A stretch of DNA of 64,000 nt, taken from NCBI RefSeq assembly GCF_036321535.1, contig NC_087436.1, positions 15,872,001 to 15,936,000 of the forward strand, in the 5' to 3' direction. Below are positions 1 to 11,655 of the stretch, one piece after another (positions within the stretch are counted from its first letter, which is position 1; the number at the start of each line of letters is the position of its first letter). The notes below the pieces were generated by a model. The model saw only the letters and a program-made list of their open reading frames with translations. It was not told the origin of the DNA and did not search any database. Both the position numbers and the translations under genes were made by a program. This DNA comes from Camelus dromedarius. Lineage: Eukaryota.

Positions 1-95
1 TTATATATTTTGTTTAGTTTTCCAGTTGTGTGTATGGTAAGAAGTTAAATCCAGTGTTAATTACTCAGTTGTGGCCAATGGGAGATGTGTTGTCC

Positions 96-96
<1 letters not shown>

Positions 97-173
<77 letters not shown>
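97..173. repeat. Perfect (ATT)25 microsatellite
   Basis: Direct count: 25 ATT units plus AT. Confidence 0.97.
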
Positions 174-303
174 GTTTTTGGTTGGGGGAGGTAATTAGGT
201 GTACTTATTTGTTTATTTATTTTTAGAGGAGGTACTGGGGATTGAACCCAGGACCTTGTGCATGCTAAGCATGCGCTCTAGCACTTGAGTTATACCTTCT
301 TCC
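174..303 (-). mobile_element. tRNA-derived SINE, camelid Vic-type
   Basis: Minus strand reads ...TATAACTCAAGTGCTAGAGCGCATGCTTAGCATGCACAAGGTCCTGGGTTCAATCCCCAGTACCTCC (A/B boxes) plus an A-rich tail. tcccattatt flanks both sides (93-102, 304-313). Confidence 0.9.
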
Positions 304-339
304 TCCCATTATTTTTTTAACATAACAACTTACTAAATA

Positions 340-1000
340 AATTTGTGCTGCCTAACAAATTAACCCAGAGCTTAGAGGCTTAACACAAATACACAAAATT
401 TCATACCATTACAGTATCTCAACAAACTCGAGAATCTCATCATCTAGTTCAAGTCCAAGTATGGGTAAGACTCCTTAGGTGTAGTTTCTTAAGAAAAGCT
501 TTTTGTGGACAGTTCCTCTAGCTCTGTAGACTTGTAAAATTAGAGACAAGTTATCTGCCCCGACGCCAATATTTAATGATGGACTAGTGTTGAGTAACTG
601 CTATACACATTCTTATTTAAAAGAGGGGGGAATACACAAGGGAGCCACTGGTCTAAAGTACTGAAATCCAGCCAAATGTTGAAACTTCCTTGGTTAGGTC
701 TCAAGCGGGGAATATATTTCTAGGGCTCTTGATTTGCCGTCTAGATTCTTTGTTCTGCCATCTGAATCATGTCCCCTTTTTCAGAAAGATAGCGTATCTT
801 TACAGCTGAGCAAAAGCCTCAGCTTGCTTCCTCCAGTAAAATTCTGGGAGTCCAAAGGCCTGTCCTCACTCTGTCCTATCTCTAGCTTCCTCAGTCCAAG
901 CTGGTGATGCTTCTGCATATTTACCTCTTTTGTGAACTTTGTGGGTTTACTGTGAATTGCTCCATTGGACAAAACCTCACCCATAAGTATCTTCTAGATG
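340..1000. mobile_element. Old MaLR (MLT1-type) LTR remnant, approximate bounds
   Basis: gctgcctaacaaattaaccc...cttagaggcttaa start motif and recalled MLT1 internal motifs. Confidence 0.5.
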
Positions 1001-1560
1001 TGGATTTGTTAAAAAGAGACTTGACTATACCTAATTGTAGGAGTTGGTTAAACTTTATAGTTTAGCTCTCTGTAAGGCTCTTGTCTTTGTGTCTGATTCT
1101 GGAGTTAGGCAAGCCATCAGGAAGAGAGGATGTATGTAAAGTGGAGGAAAGCAAGGGTAAGCTGGAGTCCACAGGACAAGGTGGAGCCCACAAGAACAGA
1201 CTAAAAACCTTATCAGGTCTGGCTTGTTGCCTCTGACCTTGATGGTGTGAGTGTCCTGCAGAAGCTGGGTTCCTTTGTCATTAAGGTTAACACACGCATC
1301 TGAACCAGAAGTATAAAAAGCCAAAAGAAAATGTAGGGGAAGGTAGGGCAGTGGTAGGCCCAGCCACTGTATCACACCATTGAGGTGAATCATCAGGTAA
1401 GTGAAAATGTGTGTGAGCTATAGAATGGGTGCTGCCTTAATTTTAGCTTCTGTGTTTCCCACAAGAATATCTGATATGGACCACCCTGACTAGATATGAG
1501 CAGGAAAGAGAATTCTGGGAAATGTAGCTCTGCCTAGCCACGTTGACACGTTACAGTGCC
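1000..1560. mobile_element. ERVL MLT2-type LTR remnant, approximate bounds
   Basis: Ends in gggaaatgtagctctgcctagccacgttgacac, resembling the MLT2 terminus. Confidence 0.55.
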
Positions 1561-2554
1561 ACCTCATTAGATATCTGAGTTGTTTGTTGCTATTTGTTAC
1601 AAACAATACTAAAACTTAACTAGTGTGTACAAAGTGCTTTAAATATTTTGGTTTATTGGGATAGATTTCTATAAGCCCAGTTGCTGGATCCAACAGTATG
1701 AAATTTTCCTTAAGGCTTTTGAGATTTTTATAACTATATTTCATTCCAGAATGCCTGTATTAATACATAATCTCATGGTGGTGTATCAGTTTTACTGTAC
1801 CATTGCATACGTATATGCATTTATACATTTATTCAAATATCTTTTTATTTGTATCATTCACTACATTCAGATACCTGCAAAGAACAGAATTGATTGAGGT
1901 ATGGTCTGTTTTCAGTTTTTTCAGTTTGATACTTAACACACTTAAATTTATACCATTGCTTTACTGCGAGTAATATATGGTTTTGGCTCTATGAGTTTTA
2001 TTGTTGTTGTTGTTGTTGTTAGTACTTTGCATGTATTTCACGTTAATTTTGCCCATGGAACATGAATATTATCCCAAATCAATGAGTGCATCTTATATTT
2101 GATCTTGTGCATTGTTGCTGCTTGATTAATGCTTGTCGATAGATTCATTTCCAGTGTTCTGCTCTTTTGAACTTTTCTCCACTGCTGATATTTAAAAGCA
2201 TTTCTGGTTAATTTTTAATTTAGAGCTACTGAATGAAGATTGATTGAAGCTGTCATATTTCAATGTGGGCAGGGTAAATGCAGTTAGTGTTCTCATTTTG
2301 GATAATGATGCTTAAAATTCTCTTTTAGAGGATTGTATGAGATAATGTAAAGATAAATTTCATTACCATTAATACTTTCAGTCTTTTTTATCTTGTTAAC
2401 TTAAAAATGGTAGAAAATATAAGGGCTTTAATTGATTTTAGTATCTTTTAGTTTTTAAACATCTTAGTTAACTGTCATTTGTAATCATATCTAACTCAGT
2501 AATGTGAGAGTTTCCCCCTCACCCTTTTAATTTGCAAATACATCAATGTGTATC

Positions 2555-3100
2555 TTTTTTTTTTTTTAATTTTGTTGAAGTACAGTCAGTTACAGTGTGT
2601 CAATTTCTGGTATATAGCATAATGTCCCAGTCATGCATATACATACATATATTCATTTTCATATTCTTTTTCATTAAAGGTATTGAATATAGTTCCCTGT
2701 GCTATACAGAAGAAATTTGGTTTTTATCTTTTTTGTATATAGTGATTAACCTTTGCAAATCTCAAACTCCCGAATTTATCCTTTCCCGTCTCCTTTCCCC
2801 AGTAACCATAAAGTTGTTTACCATGTCTATGAGTCTGTTTCTGCTTTGTAAGTGAGTTCATTCATTTCCTTTTCTTTTTTTTTTTTTCAGATTCCACATA
2901 TGAGTGATAGCATATGATATTTTCTTTCTCTTTCTGGCTTCACTTAGAATGACGATCTCCAGGTCCATCCATGTTGCTGCAAATGACATTATTTTATTCT
3001 TCTTTATGGCTGAGTAGTATTCCATTGTATAAATATACCACAGCTGCTTTATCCAGTCGTTGATGGACATTTAGGTTGCTTCCATGTCTTGGCTATTGTA
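2555..3100 (-). mobile_element. 5'-truncated lineage-specific L1 (ORF2 C-terminus + 3'UTR + polyA)
   Basis: ORF 2858..3070 (DWIKQLWYIYTMEYYSAIKK...FAATWMDLE) is the L1 ORF2 C-terminus; poly-T at 2555-2567. Confidence 0.9.
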
Positions 3101-3910
3101 TCAGATAAAGACTTTAAAAAAATCAGTCACACCACAGTACCATCATCATTCTTAAAAGCAGTTCATCGAATATTCAGTGTTCAGAATTCCCTTACGTGTT
3201 ATTAATTTTTGGTTTGTTTTAAATATAGTTGGTTTATTCAAGTCATGAGCCAAGTAATGTGTACACATTTCATTTGGTGTATGTGTTTCTCAGATATTTT
3301 TCAGTCTGCAGTTTCCCCTCCCCCTTTTTTCTTGCCATCTATTTTTCTATAGAATTGGGTCTTTTTTTCTATAGAATTTTCCACAGTCTGGATTGTTTTC
3401 TGTAAAGTGATCAAGACTTGGTTAGATTCAGATTCAAGTCTTTCATACTGAGTGTTCTTTTTAGGCAGTATGTTTATTTACCGTTTTATCCCATCGGGAA
3501 GCACATGAAGTCTAGTGTGTCTCTTTCTGTGATGTTAAGATCAGTGGGTGTAAGGTTACTAATCCAATGGGTTTAGATATTTTAGCTTGATCCATCTATT
3601 TTCAAGTTTCCTTGAACCTTTTACTTTTTACCTAATGGCTTTAGCAGTCATTAATAACTGTTGCTTAAATCCATTATTTCACCAGGGGTTCTAAGTGGTG
3701 GTGCTCTAAATCTATCATTTTCCACATTGATTAGCTGAAATTTTTTATAATGAAGAATTTTATAAAGTCAACAATTTGGTTCCTATAGGAAAAAAAAAAA
3801 CAGAATAAATGCTTGATTCTTTCCCTTTCTTTTACATTTTTCAGAATGAGTTGGTTTCTTTAAAGGGAATTGAATAATATCATACTTGGCAAAAATTCAC
3901 ACAAATTTTC

Positions 3911-4066
3911 TTTTTTTTAATATTTATTATTATATTATTTATTTTTTTAATTTTGGCAGTGGGGAGTAATTAAGTTTATTTATTTTTGGAGGAAGTACTG
4001 GGGATTGAACCCAGGACCTTCTGCATGCTAAGCATACACTCTACCACTTGAGCTATACCCTCCCCC
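3911..4066 (-). mobile_element. tRNA-derived SINE, camelid Vic-type
   Basis: gtactggggattgaacccaggacctt...gagctataccctcccc; degenerate TSD cacacaaattttc / cacaccagttttc. Confidence 0.9.
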
Positions 4067-6119
4067 CACACCAGTTTTCATTCAGACATCTTTTAATCTC
4101 ATGTATCATCACATAGTTATGAGAACAGGATTATTAGAAGTTTTTACTCTAAGTTATAAAAAATATTGATTTAGATAGTTTGTTTCTCTTGAAATATTAC
4201 TGTAGCACAAAAAGATTAAACTTGAAAAGACCAATGTAAAATAATTACAGTTTTTGTCCTCTCCATTTGCCACTCCTTTTGACACTATAAGAAGATACTT
4301 GATCAAACTATTAACTTACAGAAAGTGAGTCCATGTAACCTGAACTAAGAGAGAATGTGATACTGAAGCGCTTCAGTGACTGTATATTGCTTCTATTGGA
4401 TGAAATTTCAGGTAGGAAATAATTGCATTGTTTGGTGTCAGGTAGTCAAGTTAGTATATTCCACTTGAGTGCTTTCAGAAAATGAACTACATGAGGGGTC
4501 AGAGAAGCTTTAACAAAAGTTGCTTTAGTCTTAAAATACTTGTTTTTCTTTGAGTGAGAAATGCCTGCATTGTGAAATGCACATTAGAGGAAATATGACC
4601 TCCCCTCGTTTTTTTTAAAAGCATTTCTTCTGACTTTCTTTTAAGATAGAAAATGTGTTGGTTACTGTAAAAAAAAAAAAAAGGCTCAGTTTATGTTACT
4701 TACACAGTTGCCAAGCATATCTAAATGCGTGGTTCATCTTTATTAAATACTAATATGTTGTTTTCCTTTTTTCCCCAGTTTTCGATTTTGCTTCTGTTTA
4801 ACTCTTCTATGGTGTTTATTTATATTTGTCATTGAGAATCATTTTTTGGCTCTTACCCTAATATTTGTTGAAGCTATTTAAATACTGACTTAAATATTTC
4901 TGTTTATTTAAACCATTTGCTAACTTTTTGGGTTATATGTACAAAATTTGAAATTTCGAAGAAGATATTATAATCAAGCCTTTACTGAGTAGCCTGGCTT
5001 TTTAAAGCCATTGCAAAGGCTGATTTTATATTACTTCAAATTCCCATGAGATGGTGCTCATTTGTTTCTTTTTGGTAGTATTGATGCTCTGTAAGATGCT
5101 CATAAAGGACTTTATAAATATATTATAGCTGTAAACTCCTAATTACTTTCTTAGTAATTATTATAGTGTAGAGGTACATTATGCCAGCATGATATAAATC
5201 TGTTACTCATCTTAGTCTAATAGTATTTATTTTCTAATCATTTTTTTCCTAATCTGTTAGTTGGCTAGCATACATTGATTTGCTGTAGGTCTTCAAATGA
5301 ATGATACCTTAAGCACATCTCAGTTTTGACCTTTAACAAAACTTTAGATTGCACCTCTGTTTTTTCATAATGTGTCAGATCTTTTCCCTTTCCTCTTTGG
5401 GCTTAGCCAGTAACTCTTGTAAAACATTAGATGAAATTTAGAGCTCTTTCCTTTTTAACTTGCTGTAGCTATTTGCCGAGTAAACTTCAGTACATCTTAA
5501 GATTAGAAAGAAGATGGTGTTTTGTGATCTGAGTCCTCTAAACTGAGAGCATTCTACTAGTTCCTTGACTTTTATTTTTTTGAATATAGATTTTAATAGG
5601 ACATGAGAAACCAACTGTTTCCAGATTGTTATCCTTGTCCCAGATATTCCTTTTGGAATTATTGAACTTTTATTAAACTTGTATTGATTTGAGAAAAGTG
5701 AACATGGCCTGCATGAGGTAGAAAGAATTGTTCAGAGATAACATCATGAAGAGGCTCAAACTCCTTGAAAGACTGGCCTGACTTAGCATCACGGCCATAC
5801 CACTGAAACAGTCACTACATCTGATGTATGTGCTATTCTGATTGCCTAACCGGTGTCCCAGACCACTGTGTGAAACTGCACTGTGACTGACATCCCTACC
5901 AGGACTACCTGAAGTCAGGCAAGAGTTCCCCAAAAGAACCAGAGGAAGGGGAATATGAAAGCATGTTTACCAGGGAGTGGTGGTAGTAACTGTAAATATA
6001 CATCACCTTTAAGGGTTGCTACAAAGAGGAAATTAGTGAATAAGTGAACACACTTTTAAAATATGCTGTATACTGTAGAGCTTTATAACAGTTTTAATTT
6101 TTTTTTTTTTTGACAGATA

Positions 6120-6300
6120 GTATCGTGTATGGAATCAAACAGACACCAGTTTGATTCCTAATTCTGTCACTTGTTAGGTTTGTGATCTTGGGCAAGCTAT
6201 ATGATCTTTCTGATCTAGTTTCTTTGTCTGTAAAATGGGAATAATAGTACCAGTCTTACAGGGTTGTTGTTAGAATCTTCAGGAATAATGCCTGACATGT
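6120..6300 (+). mobile_element. MIR SINE remnant
   Basis: Core motif tgtgatcttgggcaag...tctgtaaaatgggaataatagtacc. Confidence 0.7.
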
Positions 6301-9300
6301 AGTTCCTTCTACTATTTTCCTTCTCAGGAGCTTACAGTCTGGTGGCGACAAGACTCATGTTAAGATAACTAATAATCCAAAGCAGTAAGTGTGAACTCCG
6401 CATGCTTTGGAATAGACAGACTTTATGAGGGGAAATCATTACTTCTTTTTGGTTTCGTCTAGAGGTATCTTTGTAGAGGTGAGAGTTGAGCTTTGAAGGG
6501 AGAACAAAGGTAAGGAAGTAGAATTTTAAAGCTTGTTCTTAGTGGCTTGACTACTAATACTGTATGGGGACAAAATGGGAGGTGAGGCTTTTTGAGATTT
6601 TGTGGGGTAGTCCAAGTGACTGGGAGTTTATTCTGTAGATGATGAGCCATGATGACTCTTGTCCAGGGGTTATTACATGGTCAAAATGCTCTTAGGAAGT
6701 GTGAAATGGTGGCAATGACATGACATTATTAGAATTATGAACTAAATTGGATTATTTTTCAATAAGTTTTTTATGTACATAATATATTACTGATTTTAGT
6801 TCTTATTTATCTGAATTAAATTAGGCTTTCATTAAAAATCAGTGTTTAGCTGATACTTTAGTTTACTAAGTGAATAGTAGATCTCAAATAGCTAATAGGA
6901 GTTAGGTGAAGGCTTATGTTTCTGTGTTGTTTAGATTTCAAGGCCCTGAGCTTGTCTCTGGCCTCAGCCTGGGATTTCTGATGGCAAGATACTGAGAAAG
7001 TCATTTAAATATTAATTCTTACCAAAGCTGTCTAATTTTAACCCTGTCCTTTGTACTTCTGTTTGTTTATGTTGTTAGAAAATGTGTGGTAATAAATGTT
7101 TTGGGAAGTATAGGTTCATTGACTTTAATGTGCTCTTGTTTGGGAATATCTGTTAATTTTGTTAAATACTTCAACTTCTACAGTGTGTGTGTACCTTCCT
7201 GGTTTTATAATGTGTTAAGATCTAGAAAAATCCTGATTTAGTATCTAGACAATTTGATCAATTAAGACTGAACTATCCACATAAGAACAAAAAGAAAAAG
7301 CCTAGCACTTCTGAGAATGAGCTACAGAAATACCACTTGGATGTTTTGCTTTTACTGCATTTATTTTAGAAGTAGCTGATTCATTAAATTCTCCTTCACT
7401 ACCCATCATCCACCACAACCTACACTTTGCATTTCTCTTTCTTTCGGGGGTTAAACACTCCACGTAACACTGAGATGAAAAAAAATGAAGATGAATCATG
7501 TATTAAAGGTCGTTTTTATTGATACTAACGTGTTAGTTGGCTGCAGTATCTGAACTAGCATTAGTGATCTGTGGGATGGTATTTTTCCAGGATTTTTGAG
7601 CTGTCAAATACATATTTTTGTGTAATACTTTATGTAGGTAATACATTAACTGTTCAAAAAAAAAAAAGTCAATATAAATGCTTATCTCCCTCCGACCTCT
7701 GGTCTCCCATGTTTTCAGCATACCTTATCCCTGCTAAATCCTGTCTCACCCAAACTTAAGTCAGTCATGGCTAAAGAAGACCTGAAAAATAACTATTATT
7801 AGTATCTTATATATCCTTTCCAATTTCTGTAGGTTTCTGTAAATATAAAATATTTGTATGTTTAACTTATTTTAAAATGTATATTTCCAAGTTTTTATGT
7901 GAAGATTTGAAAAAGTGGTCTCACAGGAATATTTTAATGTTCAATCCATCTTAGTTATTTCACCATTTTAATTTCTTGCATATTAAAAAATATTTCATTG
8001 TGGTAAGAACACAACATGGGATCTAACCTTTTAACAAATTTTTAAGTTTAGAATATGTATTATTAACTATAGGCACAAAGTTGTACAGCATCATTGGAAC
8101 TTATGCATCTTGCGTAATTGTCCATTATGCAGTTTATGCCCATTCATTAGCAATTACCCATTTCCTCCTTCCCCCAGCCCCCGGCAACCACCATTCTGCT
8201 CTCTGATTCTATGACTTTGACTATTTTAGGTAGTTCGTAGAAGTGGAATCATGCAGTATTTGTCCTTATGTGACTGGATTATTTCACTCAACATAATGTC
8301 TTCAAGTTTCATCCATTTTGTCACATATTGTAGGATTTCCGCCTTTTTTGAGGCTGAATAATACTCCATTGTATTTATAAACACATTTTCTTTTTCCGTT
8401 CATCTGTCAATGGACATTTATATTGTTAGCACATTGAATAATGCTGTAGTGAACATCAGAGTGCTAATACCTCTTCTAGCTCCTGATTTCAATTCTTTTG
8501 AATTAGAAGTGAGATTGCTAGATCATATGGTAGTTCTATTTTTAATTTTTTGAGGAACTTTCATGTCTTCCATAGTGGCTGCACCATTTTGTATTTCTAC
8601 CCACGTGTACAAGGATTCCAGTTTCTTTACGTTCTTGCCAATACATGTTGTCTATTTTGTTTTTTTGAATAATAGCTGTCCTTTTAGTTGTGAGGTGATG
8701 TCTCTTTGCAGTTTTGATTTGCATTTCCCTGATGGTTAGTGCATCTTTTCATACAACTTTTGGTCATTTGTATGTCTGCTTTGCAGAAATGTATTTTCCA
8801 GTCTTTAGTAGCACATTTTTTTTAACATTTTTTTATTGAGTAATAGTCATTTTACAATGTTGTGTCAAATTCTAGTGTAGAGCACAATTTTCAGTTATAC
8901 ATGAACATACATATATTCATTGTCACATTTTTTTTTCACCGTGAGCTACCGCAAGATCTTGTATCTATTTCTCTGTGCTATACAGTATAATCTTGTTTAT
9001 CTATTCTACATTTTAAAATCCCAGTCTGTCCCTTCCCACCCCCTGCCCCCTTGGCAACCACAAGTTCGTATTCTATGTCTATGAGTCTGTTTCTCTTTTG
9101 TATTTATGTTTTTTCTTTAGATTCCACATACGAGTGGTCTCACACGGCATTCCTCCCTCTGCTGGCCTACTTCTCTTAGAATGACATTCTCCAGGGACAT
9201 CCATGTTGCTGCAAATGGCGTTATGTTGTCAGTTTTTGTGGCTGAATAGTATTCCATTCTATAAATATACCTCTTCTTCATCCAGTCATCTATTGATGGA

Positions 9301-9622
9301 CATTTAGGCTGTTTCCATGTCTTGGCTATTGTAAATAGTGCTGCTATAAACATTGGGGTGCAGGTGTCATCCTGAAGTAGGGTTCCTTCTGGATATATGC
9401 CCAGAAGCAGGATTCCTGGGTCATATGGTAAGTCTATTCCTAGTCTTTTGAGGAATCTCCATACTGTTTTCCACAGTGGCTTTCCTTGCTTCCCTCTCCC
9501 ACTCTTAATGATTTGTATGTCTTCTTTTACAATTTTGTGTTTATTCTATTTGTAATTCATGGCACTTATCTCCTTTCCAGTTATGAGTTTCTCATTTTTG
9601 TAACATCCTGCTGCTTTTCTAT

Positions 9623-10523
9623 TTAGAGTACACCTGTGAATATTCCTTTTAGCATGGGTTTAGTGTTGCTAAACTCTTTTAGTTTTTGCTTGTCTGTGAA
9701 GTTCTTTATCTCTCCTTCTATTCTAAAGGATAGCCTTGCTGGATAGAGTATCGTAGGCTGCATCTTTTTTTCATTCAGGACTTTGAATATATCTTGCCAC
9801 TCCCTTCTGGCCTGTAGTGTTTGTGTAGAGAAATCAGCTGAGAGCCTTATGGGGGTTCCCTTGTAACTCACTCTTTGTTTTTCTCCTGTTGCCTTTAGGA
9901 TCATTTCTTTATCCTTGACTCTGGCCATCTTGATTATGATATGTCTTGGTGTGGGTCTATTTGGGTTCTTCCTGTTTGGAACCCTCTGAGCCTCCTGTAC
10001 TTGGATATCTGATTCCTTCTTTAGGTTTGGGAAGTTTTCAGTCATGATTTCTTCAAAGACCTTTTCAATCCCCTTTGTTCTTTCTTCCCCTTCTGGAACC
10101 CCTATTGTGCGTAGATTGGCACGCTTTATGTTATCCCATAGGTCCCTTATATTGTTTTCATTGCTTTTTACTTGTTTTTCTGTCAGCTGTTCTGATTGGG
10201 TGCTTTCTGTTGTCCTGTCTTCTAGGTCACTTATTCATTCCTCTGCATTATCTAGTCTGCTTTGCACAGCCTTTAGGTCAGCTCTCATCTCAGCAAATGA
10301 GTTTACTAATTCTACTTGGTTCTTCTTTATAGCTTCTACTTCATTTTTGATATATTTTATATCTCTAAACACTTTCTTTTAGTTCCTTCAGTACTTTGAT
10401 CAGTCCTGTTTTGAAATCTTGATCTAGTAAGTCATCAATGTCTATTTCCTTGATCATGCTTTCAGGGGATTTCTCTTGATCTTTTAATTGGGAATGGTTC
10501 CTCTGCTTCTTCATATTGCTCAT
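9623..10523 (-). pseudogene. L1 ORF1p (~300 codons) with one frameshift near 10375 and one TGA at 10235-10237
   Basis: MSNMKKQRN...LKELKE, then shifted frame ...RLDNAEE*ISDLEDR...RDLWDNIKRANLRTIGVPEGEE...MTENFPNL...PRHIIIKM...PIRLSADFS...ARREW...YPARLSF, canonical ORF1p motifs. Confidence 0.9.
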
Positions 10524-11645
10524 ATCTCTGGCACTGTGGCCGGTGGGCGGGTGGGTCACTTCGCCTCCCAATGCCCCAGTCAGATGCTGCGCTCAGGTGA
10601 GGCAGGTGGGCAGATCACGCCCCCTCCAAGCACCATGGTCAGGTGCTGCACTCCTGCCAGGAAGATGGGTGGCTGCCCGCCCTCTCCTGGCGCAGGTCAC
10701 TCTGCTGCTCTGTGCAGCTGCCCACTCCGCCTCAGGTTGGCGCTGTGTAGGTGGCTCAGGAAGACCGTGGAACAACTCTGCCCCTGCTCTGTGCCAAATC
10801 TCAGCTCCTTGTTTGTCTTGGCGGCACGAGTTCTCTGAGGTGCCAGGGCAGAAAGATCCTATCTGCCTTGGGCTGTAAACAAGTCTCAGTCTTGCCTAGG
10901 AGGTTGCGGAGCCCCTGGGTGCAGATTCAGGTCTTGGCCCACCCCCGCCTGGGTGCTGCACACAGGAGGAGATGGCACACAGGAGGAGATGGCAGCTGTG
11001 GCTGCAGCCTGCCTCTCTTCTTGCAGGAAGCGCCAGTAATGGCGCCGCGGGTCTGAGGAGACAAAGGCTACAGTGCCCCTCTCCCCAGGGCACACCAGCT
11101 GTGTTGCTTTGCTTTTTTCTCAATTTATGGGGGACCGAGGTTGTTCTGCTCCTTGTATCCCCTCCCAGTCATGGTGCGCAGCACCCTGCAGTCCCCTGGG
11201 GCTGCCTCAGTGCAGCCGCCCCAGTCCTCTGCATGGCTTGGGCGGCCTGTCCCGGCCCCCAGCTGCCGGCTCACATCTTGGGCTGGGTGTCGCAGGGACC
11301 CCTTTGTGCCTGTTTAACTTCGTTCTGTCAGTCAAGGGGTGCTCCAGGCAGATCTGAGCCTCAGAGGCTCCCCTTCTGTCCTGCTGACCTCTTCATTGGA
11401 GAGGGGAGACCCAGTGAACGAGTGCTAGTCCTCCTTTGCCTCTCCCTCTCCGTGGGACCGGGCCTGCACTGTTTTGTTTTTTCTTCTGTTTTTTTCCTTT
11501 TCTCCTACGAGATTTTTGACATTCTGTCTCTGGAAGAGGGCGATGTTCTGTTGGAGTTCGGCAGGTGCTCTGGTTGGCTGAGTGGGTCTGTAGATGTGAG
11601 TTTTGGTGTATTTGTGGGAGAGGGTGAGCTACAAACGTCCTACTC

Positions 11646-11655
11646 CGCCATCTTG
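11646..11655 (-). promoter_or_regulatory. YY1-type motif CAAGATGGCG at the 5' end of the L1 internal promoter
   Basis: Lies 8 nt inside the element 5' end, the position where mammalian L1 5'UTRs carry the YY1 site. Confidence 0.75.

Noticed and set aside
225..300. tRNA-like A/B boxes (also at ~4000, 29040, 31850, 43780, 54750)
   Set aside because: They have A-rich tails and TSDs and no full cloverleaf, so they are SINEs and not tRNA genes.
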